This document shows, in pieces, positions 1 through 13,954 of a DNA stretch of 64,000 nucleotides (the first letter of the stretch is position 1; the number at the start of each line of letters is the position of its first letter). The translations under genes and the position numbers were made by a program. This DNA is from Escherichia coli. Lineage in GTDB: Bacteria > Pseudomonadota > Gammaproteobacteria > Enterobacterales > Enterobacteriaceae. The stretch is from the NCBI RefSeq assembly GCF_003334785.1, contig NZ_QOWV01000007.1. One strand, given 5' to 3'. Under the pieces are notes generated by a model. The model was given only the letters and a program-made list of their open reading frames with translations, was not told the origin of the DNA and ran no database searches.

Positions 1-1405
1 GCTAGAGCAGGATCGTATCGATCAACTGGTGCAGTTGGTTGGCGACAAAGCGACTGTGCGGCAAATGCTGGTTTCTCATCTGGGCCGCAGCTTCCGCCAG
101 GGGCGGCACATCCTGCGCGTGCTCTACTATCGTCCGTTGCGTAATCTGCTACCTGGCAGCGCATTGCGCCGTTCCGAAACCCATATCGCCCGGCAAATCT
201 TCAGTTCGCTAACGCGCATAAATGAGGAAAATGGGGAACTGGAAGCAGACATCGCCCACCACTGGCAGCAAATTTCACCGCTTCACTGGCGTTTCTTTTT
301 GCGTCCAGGAGTCCATTTTCACCATGGTCGTGAACTGGAAATGGACGATGTGATCGCCTCTTTAAAACGAATCAATACGCTGCCGCTCTATTCGCATATT
401 GCTGACATTGTGTCGCCGACGCCCTGGACGCTGGATATCCATCTCACGCAACCGGACCGCTGGTTACCGTTACTGCTGGGGCAAGTTCCGGCGATGATCC
501 TGCCGCGCGAATGGGAAACCCTCAGTAACTTTGCCAGCCATCCCATCGGCACCGGTCCGTATGCGGTGATTCGCAACAGCACCAATCAACTGAAAATTCA
601 GGCATTCGATGACTTCTTCGGTTACCGGGCATTAATCGACGAAGTTAACGTCTGGGTTCTGCCGGAAATTGCCGACGAGCCAGCCGGAGGGCTGATGCTA
701 AAAGGTCCACAGGGCGAGGAAAAAGAGATTGAAAGCCGCCTGGAGGAAGGTTGCTACTATTTACTGTTCGACAGCCGCACCCATCGCGGGGCGAATCAGC
801 AAGTCAGGGACTGGGTAAGCTATGTGCTTTCTCCAACTAATCTGGTCTATTTCGCTGAGGAACAGTACCAGCAACTGTGGTTCCCGGCTTATGGACTGCT
901 CCCCCGTTGGCACCATGCCCGCACCATAAAGAGCGAAAAACCGGCTGGCCTGGAAAGCCTCACCCTAACCTTTTATCAGGATCACAGTGAGCATCGGGTG
1001 ATTGCCGGGATCATGCAGCAGATTCTGGCAAGTCACCAGGTCACGCTGAAAATCAAAGAGATCGACTACGATCAGTGGCATACAGGAGAGATCGAAAGTG
1101 ATATCTGGCTAAACAGCGCCAACTTTACCCTGCCGCTGGACTTCTCTGTTTTCGCACATTTATGCGAAGTGCCACTGCTACAACATTGCATTCCCATTGA
1201 CTGGCAAGCCGACGCTGCTCGCTGGCGCAATGGCGAGATGAATCTGGCGAACTGGTGCCAGCAACTGGTCGCCAGCAAAGCGATGGTGCCATTATTGCAC
1301 CACTGGCTGATCATTCAGGGGCAACGCAGTATGCGCGGCCTGCGCATGAATACCCTCGGCTGGTTCGATTTTAAATCAGCGTGGTTTGCGCCACCGGATC
1401 CATGA
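1..1405 (+). CDS. sgrR: SgrR transcriptional regulator (5' end lies outside the window)
   Basis: ORF 29..1405 is open from the window edge; translation matches the C-terminal ~460 aa of E. coli SgrR (solute-binding-protein-like domain); followed by the thiB leader. Confidence 0.85.
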   Translation, partial: LEQDRIDQLVQLVGDKATVRQMLVSHLGRSFRQGRHILRVLYYRPLRNLLPGSALRRSETHIARQIFSSLTRINEENGELEADIAHHWQQISPLHWRFFLRPGVHFHHGRELEMDDVIASLKRINTLPLYSHIADIVSPTPWTLDIHLTQPDRWLPLLLGQVPAMILPREWETLSNFASHPIGTGPYAVIRNSTNQLKIQAFDDFFGYRALIDEVNVWVLPEIADEPAGGLMLKGPQGEEKEIESRLEEGCYYLLFDSRTHRGANQQVRDWVSYVLSPTNLVYFAEEQYQQLWFPAYGLLPRWHHARTIKSEKPAGLESLTLTFYQDHSEHRVIAGIMQQILASHQVTLKIKEIDYDQWHTGEIESDIWLNSANFTLPLDFSVFAHLCEVPLLQHCIPIDWQADAARWRNGEMNLANWCQQLVASKAMVPLLHHWLIIQGQRSMRGLRMNTLGWFDFKSAWFAPPDP

Positions 1406-1439
1406 TTGCTGGTTGATAACAAAATCACTACACTAACGC

Positions 1440-1560
1440 CGTTCTCAACGGGGTGCCACGCGTACGCGTGCGCTGAGAAAATACCCGTCGAACCTGATCC
1501 GGATAACGCCGGCGAAGGGATTTGAGGCTCCTTCTCAAGTCCTTTGCCACTCTTTTTTGA
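1440..1560 (+). ncRNA. TPP riboswitch (THI-box) in the thiBPQ leader
   Basis: Conserved THI-element motifs read directly: ggggtgcc (about 1451), ctgagaaa (about 1473), acccg, aacctgatccggataacgccggcgaaggga (about 1491-1520), then a T-rich stretch before the thiB start. Confidence 0.8.
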
Positions 1561-1568
1561 GGTGCAAA

Positions 1569-2552
1569 GTGTTAAAAAAATGTCTGCCCCTGCTGTTGCT
1601 GTGCACAGCGCCCGTTTTCGCTAAACCCGTTCTGACTGTTTATACCTACGATTCCTTCGCCGCCGACTGGGGGCCTGGTCCGGTGGTTAAAAAAGCCTTT
1701 GAAGCCGACTGTAATTGCGAACTGAAACTGGTGGCGCTGGAAGATGGCGTTTCGCTTCTCAACCGTCTACGGATGGAAGGCAAAAACAGTAAAGCCGATG
1801 TGGTGCTGGGGCTGGATAACAACCTGTTAGACGCCGCCAGTAAAACCGGACTGTTTGCCAAAAGCGGTGTGGCAGCGGATGCCGTTAACGTTCCCGGCGG
1901 CTGGAATAATGACACTTTCGTACCGTTTGATTATGGCTACTTCGCCTTCGTTTATGACAAGAACAAACTGAAAAACCCGCCACAAAGCCTGAAAGAACTG
2001 GTTGAGAGCGATCAAAACTGGCGGGTGATTTATCAGGATCCGCGCACCAGTACACCGGGGCTGGGTCTGTTGCTATGGATGCAAAAAGTCTATGGCGATG
2101 ACGCCCCACAAGCCTGGCAGAAACTGGCGAAGAAAACGGTCACGGTCACCAAAGGCTGGAGCGAAGCCTACGGCCTGTTTTTAAAAGGTGAAAGCGATCT
2201 GGTACTGAGTTACACCACCTCTCCGGCTTATCACATTCTCGAAGAGAAGAAAGATAACTACGCCGCCGCGAACTTCAGCGAAGGTCACTATCTGCAAGTG
2301 GAAGTCGCCGCCCGCACCGCTGCCAGCAAGCAGCCGGAGCTGGCGCAAAAATTCCTCCAGTTTATGGTTTCTCCGGCTTTCCAGAATGCGATCCCAACCG
2401 GCAACTGGATGTATCCGGTGGCAAACATCACGCTGCCTGCCGGTTTTGAAAAATTGACCAAACCCGCAACCACGTTGGAGTTCACGCCAGCCGAAGTGGC
2501 GGCACAACGTCAGGCATGGATTAGCGAATGGCAACGCGCCGTCAGCCGTTAA
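1569..2552 (+). CDS. thiB: Thiamine ABC transporter periplasmic binding protein
   Basis: ORF 1557..2552; known N-terminus MLKKCLPLLLL begins at the GTG at 1569; signal peptide; first gene of thiBPQ. Confidence 0.93.
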   Translation: MLKKCLPLLLLCTAPVFAKPVLTVYTYDSFAADWGPGPVVKKAFEADCNCELKLVALEDGVSLLNRLRMEGKNSKADVVLGLDNNLLDAASKTGLFAKSGVAADAVNVPGGWNNDTFVPFDYGYFAFVYDKNKLKNPPQSLKELVESDQNWRVIYQDPRTSTPGLGLLLWMQKVYGDDAPQAWQKLAKKTVTVTKGWSEAYGLFLKGESDLVLSYTTSPAYHILEEKKDNYAAANFSEGHYLQVEVAARTAASKQPELAQKFLQFMVSPAFQNAIPTGNWMYPVANITLPAGFEKLTKPATTLEFTPAEVAAQRQAWISEWQRAVSR

Positions 2553-4138
2553 TTCCCGGCTGGTTAATTCCAGGTGTAAGCGCCACCACGCTGGTGGTAG
2601 CGGTTGCGCTGGCGGCGTTTCTCGCCCTGTGGTGGAACGCGCCGCAGGATGACTGGGTGGCAGTCTGGCAGGACAGCTATCTGTGGCATGTGGTGCGCTT
2701 CTCCTTCTGGCAGGCGTTTCTCTCGGCACTGCTCTCTGTCATACCCGCGATATTCCTCGCCCGCGCGCTCTATCGCAGGCGCTTTCCGGGTCGGCTGGCG
2801 CTGTTGCGTCTGTGTGCAATGACCTTGATCCTCCCGGTGTTGGTCGCTGTTTTCGGCATTCTTAGCGTCTATGGTCGCCAGGGCTGGCTGGCAACACTCT
2901 GCCAATCGCTCGGTCTGGAGTGGACCTTTTCGCCCTACGGCCTGCAAGGTATTTTGCTGGCCCATGTGTTTTTTAATCTGCCGATGGCGAGCCGCTTATT
3001 ACTCCAGGCACTGGAAAACATCCCCGGCGAACAGCGTCAACTTGCCGCCCAGCTTGGGATGCGTAGCTGGCATTTTTTCCGCTTCGTCGAATGGCCGTGG
3101 TTACGGCGACAAATCCCGCCGGTTGCTGCGCTTATCTTTATGCTCTGTTTCGCCAGCTTCGCCACCGTGCTATCGCTGGGGGGCGGTCCGCAGGCGACCA
3201 CTATCGAGCTGGCAATCTATCAGGCGCTGAGTTACGACTACGATCCTGCCCGCGCGGCAATGCTGGCGCTGCTCCAGATGGTGTGCTGCCTCGGGCTGGT
3301 GCTGTTGAGTCAGCGATTGAGTAAGGCCATTGCGCCCGGCACCACGCTGCTGCAAGGCTGGCGCGACCCGGACGATCGTCTGCATAGCCGCATTTGCGAC
3401 ACGGTGTTAATTGTGCTGGCGCTGCTGCTGTTGCTGCCACCGTTACTGGCGGTGATCGTCGATGGGGTAAATCGCCAGTTGCCGGAAGTGCTGGCACAAC
3501 CGGTGCTGTGGCAGGCGCTGTGGACCTCGTTGCGTATTGCGCTGGCGGCAGGTGTATTGTGCGTAGTGCTGACCATGATGCTGCTATGGAGCAGTCGCGA
3601 ACTGCGGGCGCGGCAGAAAATGCTGGCGGGTCAGGTGCTGGAGATGAGCGGCATGTTGATCCTCGCCATGCCGGGGATTGTGCTGGCTACCGGCTTCTTT
3701 TTACTGCTCAACAACACTATCGGCCTGCCACAATCTGCTGACGGCATTGTGATTTTCACCAATGCGTTAATGGCGATCCCTTATGCGCTGAAAGTGCTGG
3801 AAAACCCGATGCGCGATATCACCGCCCGCTACAGCATGTTATGTCAGTCGCTGGGGATTGAAGGCTGGTCACGCTTAAAAGTGGTGGAGCTGCGCGCCCT
3901 GAAACGTCCACTGGCGCAGGCGCTGGCCTTTGCATGCGTGCTGTCGATTGGTGATTTTGGCGTGGTGGCGTTGTTCGGTAACGATGATTTCCGCACCCTG
4001 CCGTTTTATCTCTACCAGCAAATTGGCTCCTATCGCAGCCAGGACGGTGCGGTCACCGCGTTAATTCTGCTGCTGCTCTGTTTTCTGCTGTTTACCGTGA
4101 TTGAAAAACTACCGGGGCGAAATGTTAAAACTGACTGA
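2528..4138 (+). CDS. thiP: Thiamine ABC transporter permease
   Basis: 536-aa ORF, polytopic membrane protein with duplicated ABC permease domains; overlaps the thiB 3' end. Confidence 0.95.
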   Translation: MATRRQPLIPGWLIPGVSATTLVVAVALAAFLALWWNAPQDDWVAVWQDSYLWHVVRFSFWQAFLSALLSVIPAIFLARALYRRRFPGRLALLRLCAMTLILPVLVAVFGILSVYGRQGWLATLCQSLGLEWTFSPYGLQGILLAHVFFNLPMASRLLLQALENIPGEQRQLAAQLGMRSWHFFRFVEWPWLRRQIPPVAALIFMLCFASFATVLSLGGGPQATTIELAIYQALSYDYDPARAAMLALLQMVCCLGLVLLSQRLSKAIAPGTTLLQGWRDPDDRLHSRICDTVLIVLALLLLLPPLLAVIVDGVNRQLPEVLAQPVLWQALWTSLRIALAAGVLCVVLTMMLLWSSRELRARQKMLAGQVLEMSGMLILAMPGIVLATGFFLLLNNTIGLPQSADGIVIFTNALMAIPYALKVLENPMRDITARYSMLCQSLGIEGWSRLKVVELRALKRPLAQALAFACVLSIGDFGVVALFGNDDFRTLPFYLYQQIGSYRSQDGAVTALILLLLCFLLFTVIEKLPGRNVKTD

Positions 4139-4820
4139 TATCACCTGGCTTTACCACCATTTGCCGATGCGTTTTAGCTTAACGGTGGAACGCGGCGAGC
4201 AGGTGGCGATCCTCGGGCCAAGCGGCGCGGGTAAAAGTACCCTGCTGAATTTGATCGCCGGTTTTCTGACGCCAGCCAGCGGTTCGCTGACTATCGATGG
4301 CGTAGATCACACAACTATGCCGCCGTCACGCCGTCCGGTGTCGATGCTGTTTCAGGAGAACAACCTGTTCAGCCACCTGACGGTCGCACAGAACATCGGG
4401 CTGGGGCTAAATCCGGGATTGAAACTGAACGCGGTACAGCAGGGGAAAATGCACGCTATCGCCCGCCAGATGGGGATTGATAATTTAATGGCGCGGTTAC
4501 CGGGCGAGCTTTCCGGCGGTCAGCGACAGCGAGTGGCGTTAGCGCGTTGTCTGGTACGCGAACAGCCGATTTTATTGCTCGATGAACCGTTCTCTGCGCT
4601 CGATCCGGCGTTACGTCAGGAGATGTTGACGCTGGTGAGCACGAGCTGCCAGCAGCAAAAAATGACGCTATTGATGGTGTCGCACAGCGTGGAAGATGCG
4701 GCGCGGATCGCCACGCGCTCGGTAGTAGTCGCCGACGGGCGCATCGCCTGGCAGGGTATGACCAATGAGTTGTTGAGCGGTAAGGCGAGTGCTTCGGCAC
4801 TATTGGGGATTACGGGTTAG
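4122..4820 (+). CDS. thiQ: Thiamine ABC transporter ATP-binding protein
   Basis: ORF 4101..4820; Walker [10 protein letters not shown] and ABC signature LSGGQRQR present; known start MLKLTDITW at 4122; overlaps thiP end. Confidence 0.93.
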   Translation: MLKLTDITWLYHHLPMRFSLTVERGEQVAILGPSGAGKSTLLNLIAGFLTPASGSLTIDGVDHTTMPPSRRPVSMLFQENNLFSHLTVAQNIGLGLNPGLKLNAVQQGKMHAIARQMGIDNLMARLPGELSGGQRQRVALARCLVREQPILLLDEPFSALDPALRQEMLTLVSTSCQQQKMTLLMVSHSVEDAARIATRSVVVADGRIAWQGMTNELLSGKASASALLGITG

Positions 4821-4827
4821 TATGCAC

Positions 4828-4916
<89 letters not shown>

Positions 4917-4933
4917 CCGCACAAGACTATCTC

Positions 4934-5698
4934 CTAAACCCCAACCACTTTACGCAAAATATCGATATACACCGGCATCAACGGGTGGCGAATTAACACC
5001 ACCAGCGCCACCACGCCGATGGCAGAAATCAACGGCGTCAGCCACAACAAACGACCGCGGGACAAATAATGACTCAAACGGTCAGTCGCTTTACCGCTGC
5101 GCCATAACCGCCAGCACAGCCAGCCACCAACCCACAAAAACACCGCTGTTGCCAGCAGCAACCATTTAAACTCACCGCTCTGCATTCCGGCAGGAATATC
5201 GATCGCCGCGCCCGCCAGAATCCCTGGCAGGAAGTAAAACGGCGGCCACAGCAGGCAGCCGATAATATTCGGCGTAATAAATTTAGCCACCGGCAGATCC
5301 AGCATTCCCGCCACCATTGGCACCAGCGGACGCGTCGGGCCAACAAAACGACCGACCAGAATGGTGAACATGCTGTGTTGATGCAACGCATGTTCAGTTT
5401 TATCAAGTAGTGCTTTGTTTTTCTTCAGAAATGACCAGCGATGCAACGGCTTTTTAAAACGCCAACCCAACCAGAAAGAAATCCAGTCGCCCATCAAGCA
5501 GCCAATAATCCCTGCCAGCCAGGCGTGCCAGAAACTTAACTCGCCGCTGCCAATCAGCGCTCCCAGCCCCGCCATCAGCACCGTACCGGGTAGAATCAAA
5601 CCGACCAGCGCCAGCGACTCCAGAAAGGCCACCAACACCACCGCCATCAATGAATACACGGTGGATTGGGTAATAAAGTGTTCCAGCAATGCTTGCAT
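4934..5698 (-). CDS. yabI: DedA-family inner membrane protein
   Basis: 254-aa ORF, multi-pass hydrophobic; matches E. coli YabI. Confidence 0.9.
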   Translation of the reverse strand: MQALLEHFITQSTVYSLMAVVLVAFLESLALVGLILPGTVLMAGLGALIGSGELSFWHAWLAGIIGCLMGDWISFWLGWRFKKPLHRWSFLKKNKALLDKTEHALHQHSMFTILVGRFVGPTRPLVPMVAGMLDLPVAKFITPNIIGCLLWPPFYFLPGILAGAAIDIPAGMQSGEFKWLLLATAVFLWVGGWLCWRLWRSGKATDRLSHYLSRGRLLWLTPLISAIGVVALVVLIRHPLMPVYIDILRKVVGV

Positions 5699-5783
5699 AA
5701 TGTGCCTGTCAAATGGACGAAGCAGGGATTCTGCAAACCCTATGCTACTCCGTCAAGCCGTCAATTGTCTGATTCGTTACCAA

Positions 5784-6662
5784 TTATGACAACTTGACGG
5801 CTACATCATTCACTTTTTCTTCACAACCGGCACGAAACTCGCTCGGGCTGGCCCCGGTGCATTTTTTAAATACTCGCGAGAAATAGAGTTGATCGTCAAA
5901 ACCAACATTGCGACCGACGGTGGCGATAGGCATCCGGGTAGTGCTCAAAAGCAGCTTCGCCTGACTAATGCGTTGGTCCTCGCGCCAGCTTAAGACGCTA
6001 ATCCCTAACTGCTGGCGGAAAAGATGTGACAGACGCGACGGCGACAAGCAAACATGCTGTGCGACGCTGGCGATATCAAAATTGCTGTCTGCCAGGTGAT
6101 CGCTGATGTACTGACAAGCCTCGCGTACCCGATTATCCATCGGTGGATGGAGCGACTCGTTAATCGCTTCCATGCGCCGCAGTAACAATTGCTCAAGCAG
6201 ATTTATCGCCAGCAGCTCCGAATAGCGCCCTTCCCCTTGCCCGGCGTTAATGATTTGCCCAAACAGGTCGCTGAAATGCGGCTGGTGCGCTTCATCCGGG
6301 CGAAAGAAACCCGTATTGGCAAATATTGACGGCCAGTTAAGCCATTCATGCCAGTAGGCGCGCGGACGAAAGTAAACCCACTGGTGATACCATTCGCGAG
6401 CCTCCGGATGACGACCGTAGTGATGAATCTCTCCTGGCGGGAACAGCAAAATATCACCCGGTCGGCAGACAAATTCTCGTCCCTGATTTTTCACCACCCC
6501 CTGACCGCGAATGGTGAGATTGAGAATATAACCTTTCATTCCCAGCGGTCGGTCGATAAAAAAATCGAGATAACCGTTGGCCTCAATCGGCGTTAAACCC
6601 GCCACCAGATGGGCGTTAAACGAGTATCCCGGCAGCAGGGGATCATTTTGCGCTTCAGCCAT
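5784..6662 (-). CDS. araC: Arabinose operon regulator AraC
   Basis: ORF 5784..6713; canonical N-terminus [15 protein letters not shown] begins at the internal Met, giving 292 aa; C-terminal AraC/XylS HTH. Confidence 0.96.
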
Positions 6663-8701
<2,039 letters not shown>

Positions 8702-8711
8702 GGACACGATA

Positions 8712-10214
8712 ATGACGATTTTTGATAATTATGAAGTGTGGTTTGTCATTGGCAGCCAGCATCTGTATGGCCCGGAAACCCTGCGTCAGGTCACCCAACA
8801 TGCCGAGCACGTCGTTAATGCGCTGAATACGGAAGCGAAACTGCCCTGCAAACTGGTGTTGAAACCGCTGGGCACCACGCCGGATGAAATCACCGCTATT
8901 TGCCGCGACGCGAATTACGACGATCGTTGCGCTGGTCTGGTGGTGTGGCTGCACACCTTCTCCCCGGCCAAAATGTGGATCAACGGCCTGACCATGCTCA
9001 ACAAACCGTTGCTGCAATTCCACACCCAGTTCAACGCGGCGCTGCCGTGGGACAGTATCGATATGGACTTTATGAACCTGAACCAGACTGCACATGGCGG
9101 TCGCGAGTTCGGCTTCATTGGCGCGCGTATGCGTCAGCAACATGCCGTGGTTACCGGTCACTGGCAGGATAAACAAGCCCATGAGCGTATCGGCTCCTGG
9201 ATGCGTCAGGCGGTCTCTAAACAGGATACCCGTCATCTGAAAGTCTGCCGATTTGGCGATAACATGCGTGAAGTGGCGGTCACCGATGGCGATAAAGTTG
9301 CCGCACAGATCAAGTTCGGTTTCTCCGTCAATACCTGGGCGGTTGGCGATCTGGTGCAGGTGGTGAACTCCATCAGCGACGGCGATGTTAACGCGCTGGT
9401 CGATGAGTACGAAAGCTGCTACACCATGACGCCTGCCACACAAATCCACGGCAAAAAACGACAGAACGTGCTGGAAGCGGCGCGTATTGAGCTGGGGATG
9501 AAGCGTTTCCTGGAACAAGGTGGCTTCCACGCGTTCACCACCACCTTTGAAGATTTGCACGGTCTGAAACAGCTTCCTGGTCTGGCCGTACAGCGTCTGA
9601 TGCAGCAGGGTTACGGCTTTGCGGGCGAAGGCGACTGGAAAACTGCCGCCCTGCTTCGCATCATGAAGGTGATGTCAACCGGTCTGCAGGGCGGCACCTC
9701 CTTTATGGAGGACTACACCTATCACTTCGAGAAAGGTAATGACCTGGTGCTCGGCTCCCATATGCTGGAAGTCTGCCCGTCGATCGCCGCAGAAGAGAAA
9801 CCGATCCTCGACGTTCAGCATCTCGGTATTGGTGGTAAGGACGATCCTGCCCGCCTGATCTTCAATACCCAAACCGGCCCAGCGATTGTCGCCAGCTTGA
9901 TTGATCTCGGCGATCGTTACCGTCTACTGGTTAACTGCATCGACACGGTGAAAACACCGCACTCCCTGCCGAAACTGCCGGTGGCGAATGCGCTGTGGAA
10001 AGCGCAACCGGATCTGCCAACTGCTTCCGAAGCGTGGATCCTCGCTGGTGGCGCGCACCATACCGTCTTCAGCCATGCACTGAACCTCAACGATATGCGC
10101 CAATTCGCCGAGATGCACGACATTGAAATCACGGTGATTGATAACGACACACGCCTGCCAGCGTTTAAAGACGCGCTGCGCTGGAACGAAGTGTATTACG
10201 GGTTTCGTCGCTAA
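8712..10214 (+). CDS. araA: L-arabinose isomerase
   Basis: ORF 8688..10214; known N-terminus [20 protein letters not shown] at 8712; 500 aa. Confidence 0.96.
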   Translation: MTIFDNYEVWFVIGSQHLYGPETLRQVTQHAEHVVNALNTEAKLPCKLVLKPLGTTPDEITAICRDANYDDRCAGLVVWLHTFSPAKMWINGLTMLNKPLLQFHTQFNAALPWDSIDMDFMNLNQTAHGGREFGFIGARMRQQHAVVTGHWQDKQAHERIGSWMRQAVSKQDTRHLKVCRFGDNMREVAVTDGDKVAAQIKFGFSVNTWAVGDLVQVVNSISDGDVNALVDEYESCYTMTPATQIHGKKRQNVLEAARIELGMKRFLEQGGFHAFTTTFEDLHGLKQLPGLAVQRLMQQGYGFAGEGDWKTAALLRIMKVMSTGLQGGTSFMEDYTYHFEKGNDLVLGSHMLEVCPSIAAEEKPILDVQHLGIGGKDDPARLIFNTQTGPAIVASLIDLGDRYRLLVNCIDTVKTPHSLPKLPVANALWKAQPDLPTASEAWILAGGAHHTVFSHALNLNDMRQFAEMHDIEITVIDNDTRLPAFKDALRWNEVYYGFRR

Positions 10215-10660
10215 GTAGCCGCATCCGGTATGTAACGCCTGATGCGACGCTGACGCGTCTTATCTGGCCTACACGCTGCGATTTTGTAGGCCGGATAAGC
10301 AAAGCGCATCCGGCATTCAACGCCTGATGCGACGCTGGCGCGTCTTATCAGGCCTACGCGCTGCGATTTTGTAGGCCGGATAAGCAAAGCGCATCCGGCA
10401 TTCAACGCCTGATGCGACGCTGGCGCGTCTTATCAGGCCTACGCGCTGCGATTTTGTAGGCCGGATAAGCAAAGCGCATCCGGCATTCAACGCCTGATGC
10501 GACGCTGGCGCGTCTTATCAGGCCTACGCGCTGCGATTTTGTAGGCCGGATAAGCAAAGCGCATCCGGCATTCAACGCCTGATGCGACGCTGGCGCGTCT
10601 TATCAGGCCTACACGCTGCGATTTTGTAGGCCGGATAAGCAAAGCGCATCCGGCACGAAG
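10215..10660. repeat. BIME/REP array: five tandem copies of an ~85-bp unit between araA and araD
   Basis: Motif gcctgatgcgacgctg recurs at 10237, 10322, 10407, 10492 and 10577 (period 85 bp); each unit holds two inverted REP palindromes (gcctgatgcgacgctggcgcgtcttatcaggcctac / gtaggccggataagcaaagcgcatccggca). Confidence 0.9.
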
Positions 10661-10668
10661 GAGTCAAC

Positions 10669-11364
10669 ATGTTAGAAGATCTCAAACGCCAGGTATTAGA
10701 AGCCAACCTGGCGCTGCCAAAACACAACCTGGTCACGCTCACATGGGGCAACGTCAGCGCCGTTGATCGCGAGCGCGGCGTCTTTGTGATCAAACCTTCC
10801 GGCGTCGATTACAGCGTCATGACCGCTGACGATATGGTCGTGGTTAGCATCGAAACCGGTGAAGTGGTTGAAGGTACGAAAAAGCCCTCCTCCGACACGC
10901 CAACTCACCGGCTGCTCTATCAGGCATTCCCCTCCATTGGCGGCATTGTGCATACGCACTCGCGCCACGCCACCATCTGGGCGCAGGCGGGTCAGTCGAT
11001 TCCAGCAACCGGCACCACCCACGCCGACTATTTCTACGGCACCATTCCCTGCACCCGCAAAATGACCGACGCAGAAATCAACGGCGAATATGAGTGGGAA
11101 ACCGGTAACGTCATCGTAGAAACCTTTGAAAAACAGGGTATCGATGCAGCGCAAATGCCCGGCGTTCTGGTCCATTCCCACGGCCCGTTTGCATGGGGCA
11201 AAAATGCCGAAGATGCGGTGCATAACGCCATCGTGCTGGAAGAGGTCGCTTATATGGGGATATTCTGCCGTCAGTTAGCGCCGCAGTTACCGGATATGCA
11301 GCAAACGCTGCTGGATAAACACTATCTGCGTAAGCATGGCGCGAAGGCATATTACGGGCAGTAA
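10669..11364 (+). CDS. araD: L-ribulose-5-phosphate 4-epimerase
   Basis: 231-aa [17 protein letters not shown]..., class II aldolase fold. Confidence 0.96.
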   Translation: MLEDLKRQVLEANLALPKHNLVTLTWGNVSAVDRERGVFVIKPSGVDYSVMTADDMVVVSIETGEVVEGTKKPSSDTPTHRLLYQAFPSIGGIVHTHSRHATIWAQAGQSIPATGTTHADYFYGTIPCTRKMTDAEINGEYEWETGNVIVETFEKQGIDAAQMPGVLVHSHGPFAWGKNAEDAVHNAIVLEEVAYMGIFCRQLAPQLPDMQQTLLDKHYLRKHGAKAYYGQ

Positions 11365-11395
11365 TGACTGTATAAAACCACAGCCAATCAAACGA

Positions 11396-11425
11396 AACCA
11401 GGCTATACTCAAGCCTGGTTTTTTG
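11396..11425 (+). terminator. Rho-independent terminator of araBAD
   Basis: aaccaggc-loop-gcctggtt stem followed by a T-run (ttttttga). Confidence 0.75.
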
Positions 11426-11438
11426 ATGGATTTTCAGC

Positions 11439-13790
11439 GTGGCGCAGGCAGGTTTTATCTTAACCCGACACTGGCGGGACACCCCGCAAGGGACAGAAGT
11501 CTCCTTCTGGCTGGCGACGGACAACGGGCCGTTGCAGGTTACGCTTGCACCGCAAGAGTCCGTGGCGTTTATTCCCGCCGATCAGGTTCCCCGCGCTCAG
11601 CATATTTTGCAGGGTGAACAAGGCTTTCGCCTGACACCGCTGGCGTTAAAGGATTTTCACCGCCAGCCGGTGTATGGCCTTTACTGTCGCGCCCATCGCC
11701 AATTGATGAATTACGAAAAGCGCCTGCGTGAAGGTGGCGTTACCGTCTACGAGGCCGATGTGCGTCCGCCAGAACGCTATCTGATGGAGCGGTTTATCAC
11801 CTCACCGGTGTGGGTCGAGGGTGATATGCACAATGGCACTATCGTTAATGCCCGTCTGAAACCGCATCCCGACTATCGTCCGCCGCTCAAGTGGGTTTCT
11901 ATAGATATTGAAACCACCCGCCACGGTGAGCTGTACTGCATCGGCCTGGAAGGCTGCGGGCAGCGCATCGTTTATATGCTGGGGCCGGAGAATGGCGACG
12001 CCTCCTCGCTTGATTTCGAACTGGAATACGTCGCCAGCCGCCCGCAGTTGCTGGAAAAACTCAACGCCTGGTTTGCCAACTACGATCCTGATGTGATCAT
12101 CGGTTGGAACGTGGTGCAGTTCGATCTGCGAATGCTGCAAAAACATGCCGAGCGTTACCGTCTTCCGCTGCGTCTTGGGCGCGATAATAGCGAGCTGGAG
12201 TGGCGCGAGCACGGCTTTAAAAACGGCGTCTTTTTTGCCCAGGCTAAAGGTCGGCTAATTATCGACGGTATCGAGGCGCTGAAATCCGCGTTCTGGAATT
12301 TCTCTTCATTCTCGCTGGAAACTGTCGCTCAGGAGCTATTAGGCGAAGGAAAATCTATCGATAACCCGTGGGATCGAATGGACGAAATTGACCGCCGTTT
12401 CGCCGAAGATAAACCTGCGCTGGCAACTTATAACCTGAAAGATTGCGAGCTGGTGACGCAGATCTTCCACAAAACTGAAATCATGCCATTTTTACTCGAA
12501 CGGGCAACGGTGAACGGCCTGCCGGTGGACCGACACGGCGGTTCGGTGGCGGCATTTGGTCATCTCTATTTTCCGCGAATGCATCGCGCTGGTTATGTCG
12601 CGCCTAATCTCGGCGAAGTGCCGCCGCACGCCAGCCCTGGCGGCTACGTGATGGATTCACGGCCAGGGCTTTATGATTCAGTGCTGGTGCTGGACTATAA
12701 AAGCCTGTACCCGTCGATCATCCGCACCTTTCTGATTGATCCCGTCGGGCTGGTGGAAGGCATGGCGCAGCCTGATCCAGAGCACAGTACCGAAGGTTTT
12801 CTCGATGCCTGGTTCTCGCGAGAAAAACATTGCCTGCCGGAGATTGTGACTAACATCTGGCACGGGCGCGATGAAGCCAAACGCCAGGGTAACAAACCGC
12901 TGTCGCAGGCGCTGAAAATCATCATGAATGCCTTTTATGGCGTGCTCGGCACCACCGCCTGCCGCTTCTTCGATCCGCGGCTGGCATCGTCGATCACCAT
13001 GCGTGGTCATCAGATCATGCGGCAAACCAAAGCGTTGATTGAAGCACAGGGCTACGACGTTATCTACGGCGATACCGACTCAACGTTTGTCTGGCTGAAA
13101 GGCGCACATTCGGAAGAAGAAGCGGCGAAAATCGGTCGTGCACTGGTGCAGCACGTTAACGCCTGGTGGGCGGAAACGCTGCAAAAACAACGGCTGACCA
13201 GCGCATTAGAACTGGAGTATGAAACCCATTTCTGCCGTTTTCTGATGCCAACCATTCGCGGAGCCGATACCGGCAGTAAAAAGCGTTATGCCGGACTGAT
13301 TCAGGAGGGCGACAAGCAGCGGATGGTGTTTAAAGGGCTGGAAACCGTGCGCACCGACTGGACGCCGCTGGCCCAGCAGTTTCAGCAGGAGCTATACCTG
13401 CGCATCTTCCGCAACGAGCCATATCAGGAATATGTACGCGAAACCATCGACAAACTGATGGCGGGTGAACTGGATGCGCGACTGGTTTACCGTAAACGCC
13501 TTCGCCGTCCGCTGAGCGAGTATCAGCGTAATGTGCCGCCTCATGTACGCGCCGCTCGCCTTGCCGATGAAGAAAACCAAAAGCGTGGTCGCCCCTTGCA
13601 ATATCAGAATCGCGGCACCATTAAGTACGTATGGACCACCAACGGCCCGGAGCCGCTGGACTACCAACGTTCACCACTGGATTACGAACACTATCTGACC
13701 CGCCAGCTACAACCCGTGGCGGAGGGAATACTCCCTTTTATTGAGGATAATTTTGCTACACTTATGACCGGGCAACTTGGGCTATTTTGA
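11439..13790 (+). CDS. polB: DNA polymerase II
   Basis: 783-aa ORF; B-family polymerase motifs (DIETT exonuclease motif, YGDTDS). Confidence 0.96.
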   Translation: MAQAGFILTRHWRDTPQGTEVSFWLATDNGPLQVTLAPQESVAFIPADQVPRAQHILQGEQGFRLTPLALKDFHRQPVYGLYCRAHRQLMNYEKRLREGGVTVYEADVRPPERYLMERFITSPVWVEGDMHNGTIVNARLKPHPDYRPPLKWVSIDIETTRHGELYCIGLEGCGQRIVYMLGPENGDASSLDFELEYVASRPQLLEKLNAWFANYDPDVIIGWNVVQFDLRMLQKHAERYRLPLRLGRDNSELEWREHGFKNGVFFAQAKGRLIIDGIEALKSAFWNFSSFSLETVAQELLGEGKSIDNPWDRMDEIDRRFAEDKPALATYNLKDCELVTQIFHKTEIMPFLLERATVNGLPVDRHGGSVAAFGHLYFPRMHRAGYVAPNLGEVPPHASPGGYVMDSRPGLYDSVLVLDYKSLYPSIIRTFLIDPVGLVEGMAQPDPEHSTEGFLDAWFSREKHCLPEIVTNIWHGRDEAKRQGNKPLSQALKIIMNAFYGVLGTTACRFFDPRLASSITMRGHQIMRQTKALIEAQGYDVIYGDTDSTFVWLKGAHSEEEAAKIGRALVQHVNAWWAETLQKQRLTSALELEYETHFCRFLMPTIRGADTGSKKRYAGLIQEGDKQRMVFKGLETVRTDWTPLAQQFQQELYLRIFRNEPYQEYVRETIDKLMAGELDARLVYRKRLRRPLSEYQRNVPPHVRAARLADEENQKRGRPLQYQNRGTIKYVWTTNGPEPLDYQRSPLDYEHYLTRQLQPVAEGILPFIEDNFATLMTGQLGLF

Positions 13791-13954
13791 GCAAAAAAAA
13801 GAGTTCGCCAGATACCATTTTGATGCGTGACGAATGCTTTGCCATCCAGTACCATAGCGCCCTTTCCATTCCTGGACCTGAATAACACCACTACCTCATA
13901 AGCACGGTAGCGGGTGGTTATTGCCTGCAATTAAAGATATAGAGCCGAACACAT

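Noticed and set aside
2564-3741. Multiple overlapping ORFs of 60-130 aa in alternative frames within thiP (2564..2965, 2871..3230, 3394..3741 and others)
   Set aside because: Frame artefacts inside a GC-rich membrane-protein gene; proline/arginine/alanine-rich translations without domain features
10215-10660. Regularly spaced repeats (also at 42459..42631) that superficially resemble a CRISPR array
   Set aside because: The units are REP/BIME palindromes; the sequences between them are themselves repeated rather than unique spacers, there are no cas genes, and the period (85 bp) and palindromic structure fit BIMEs
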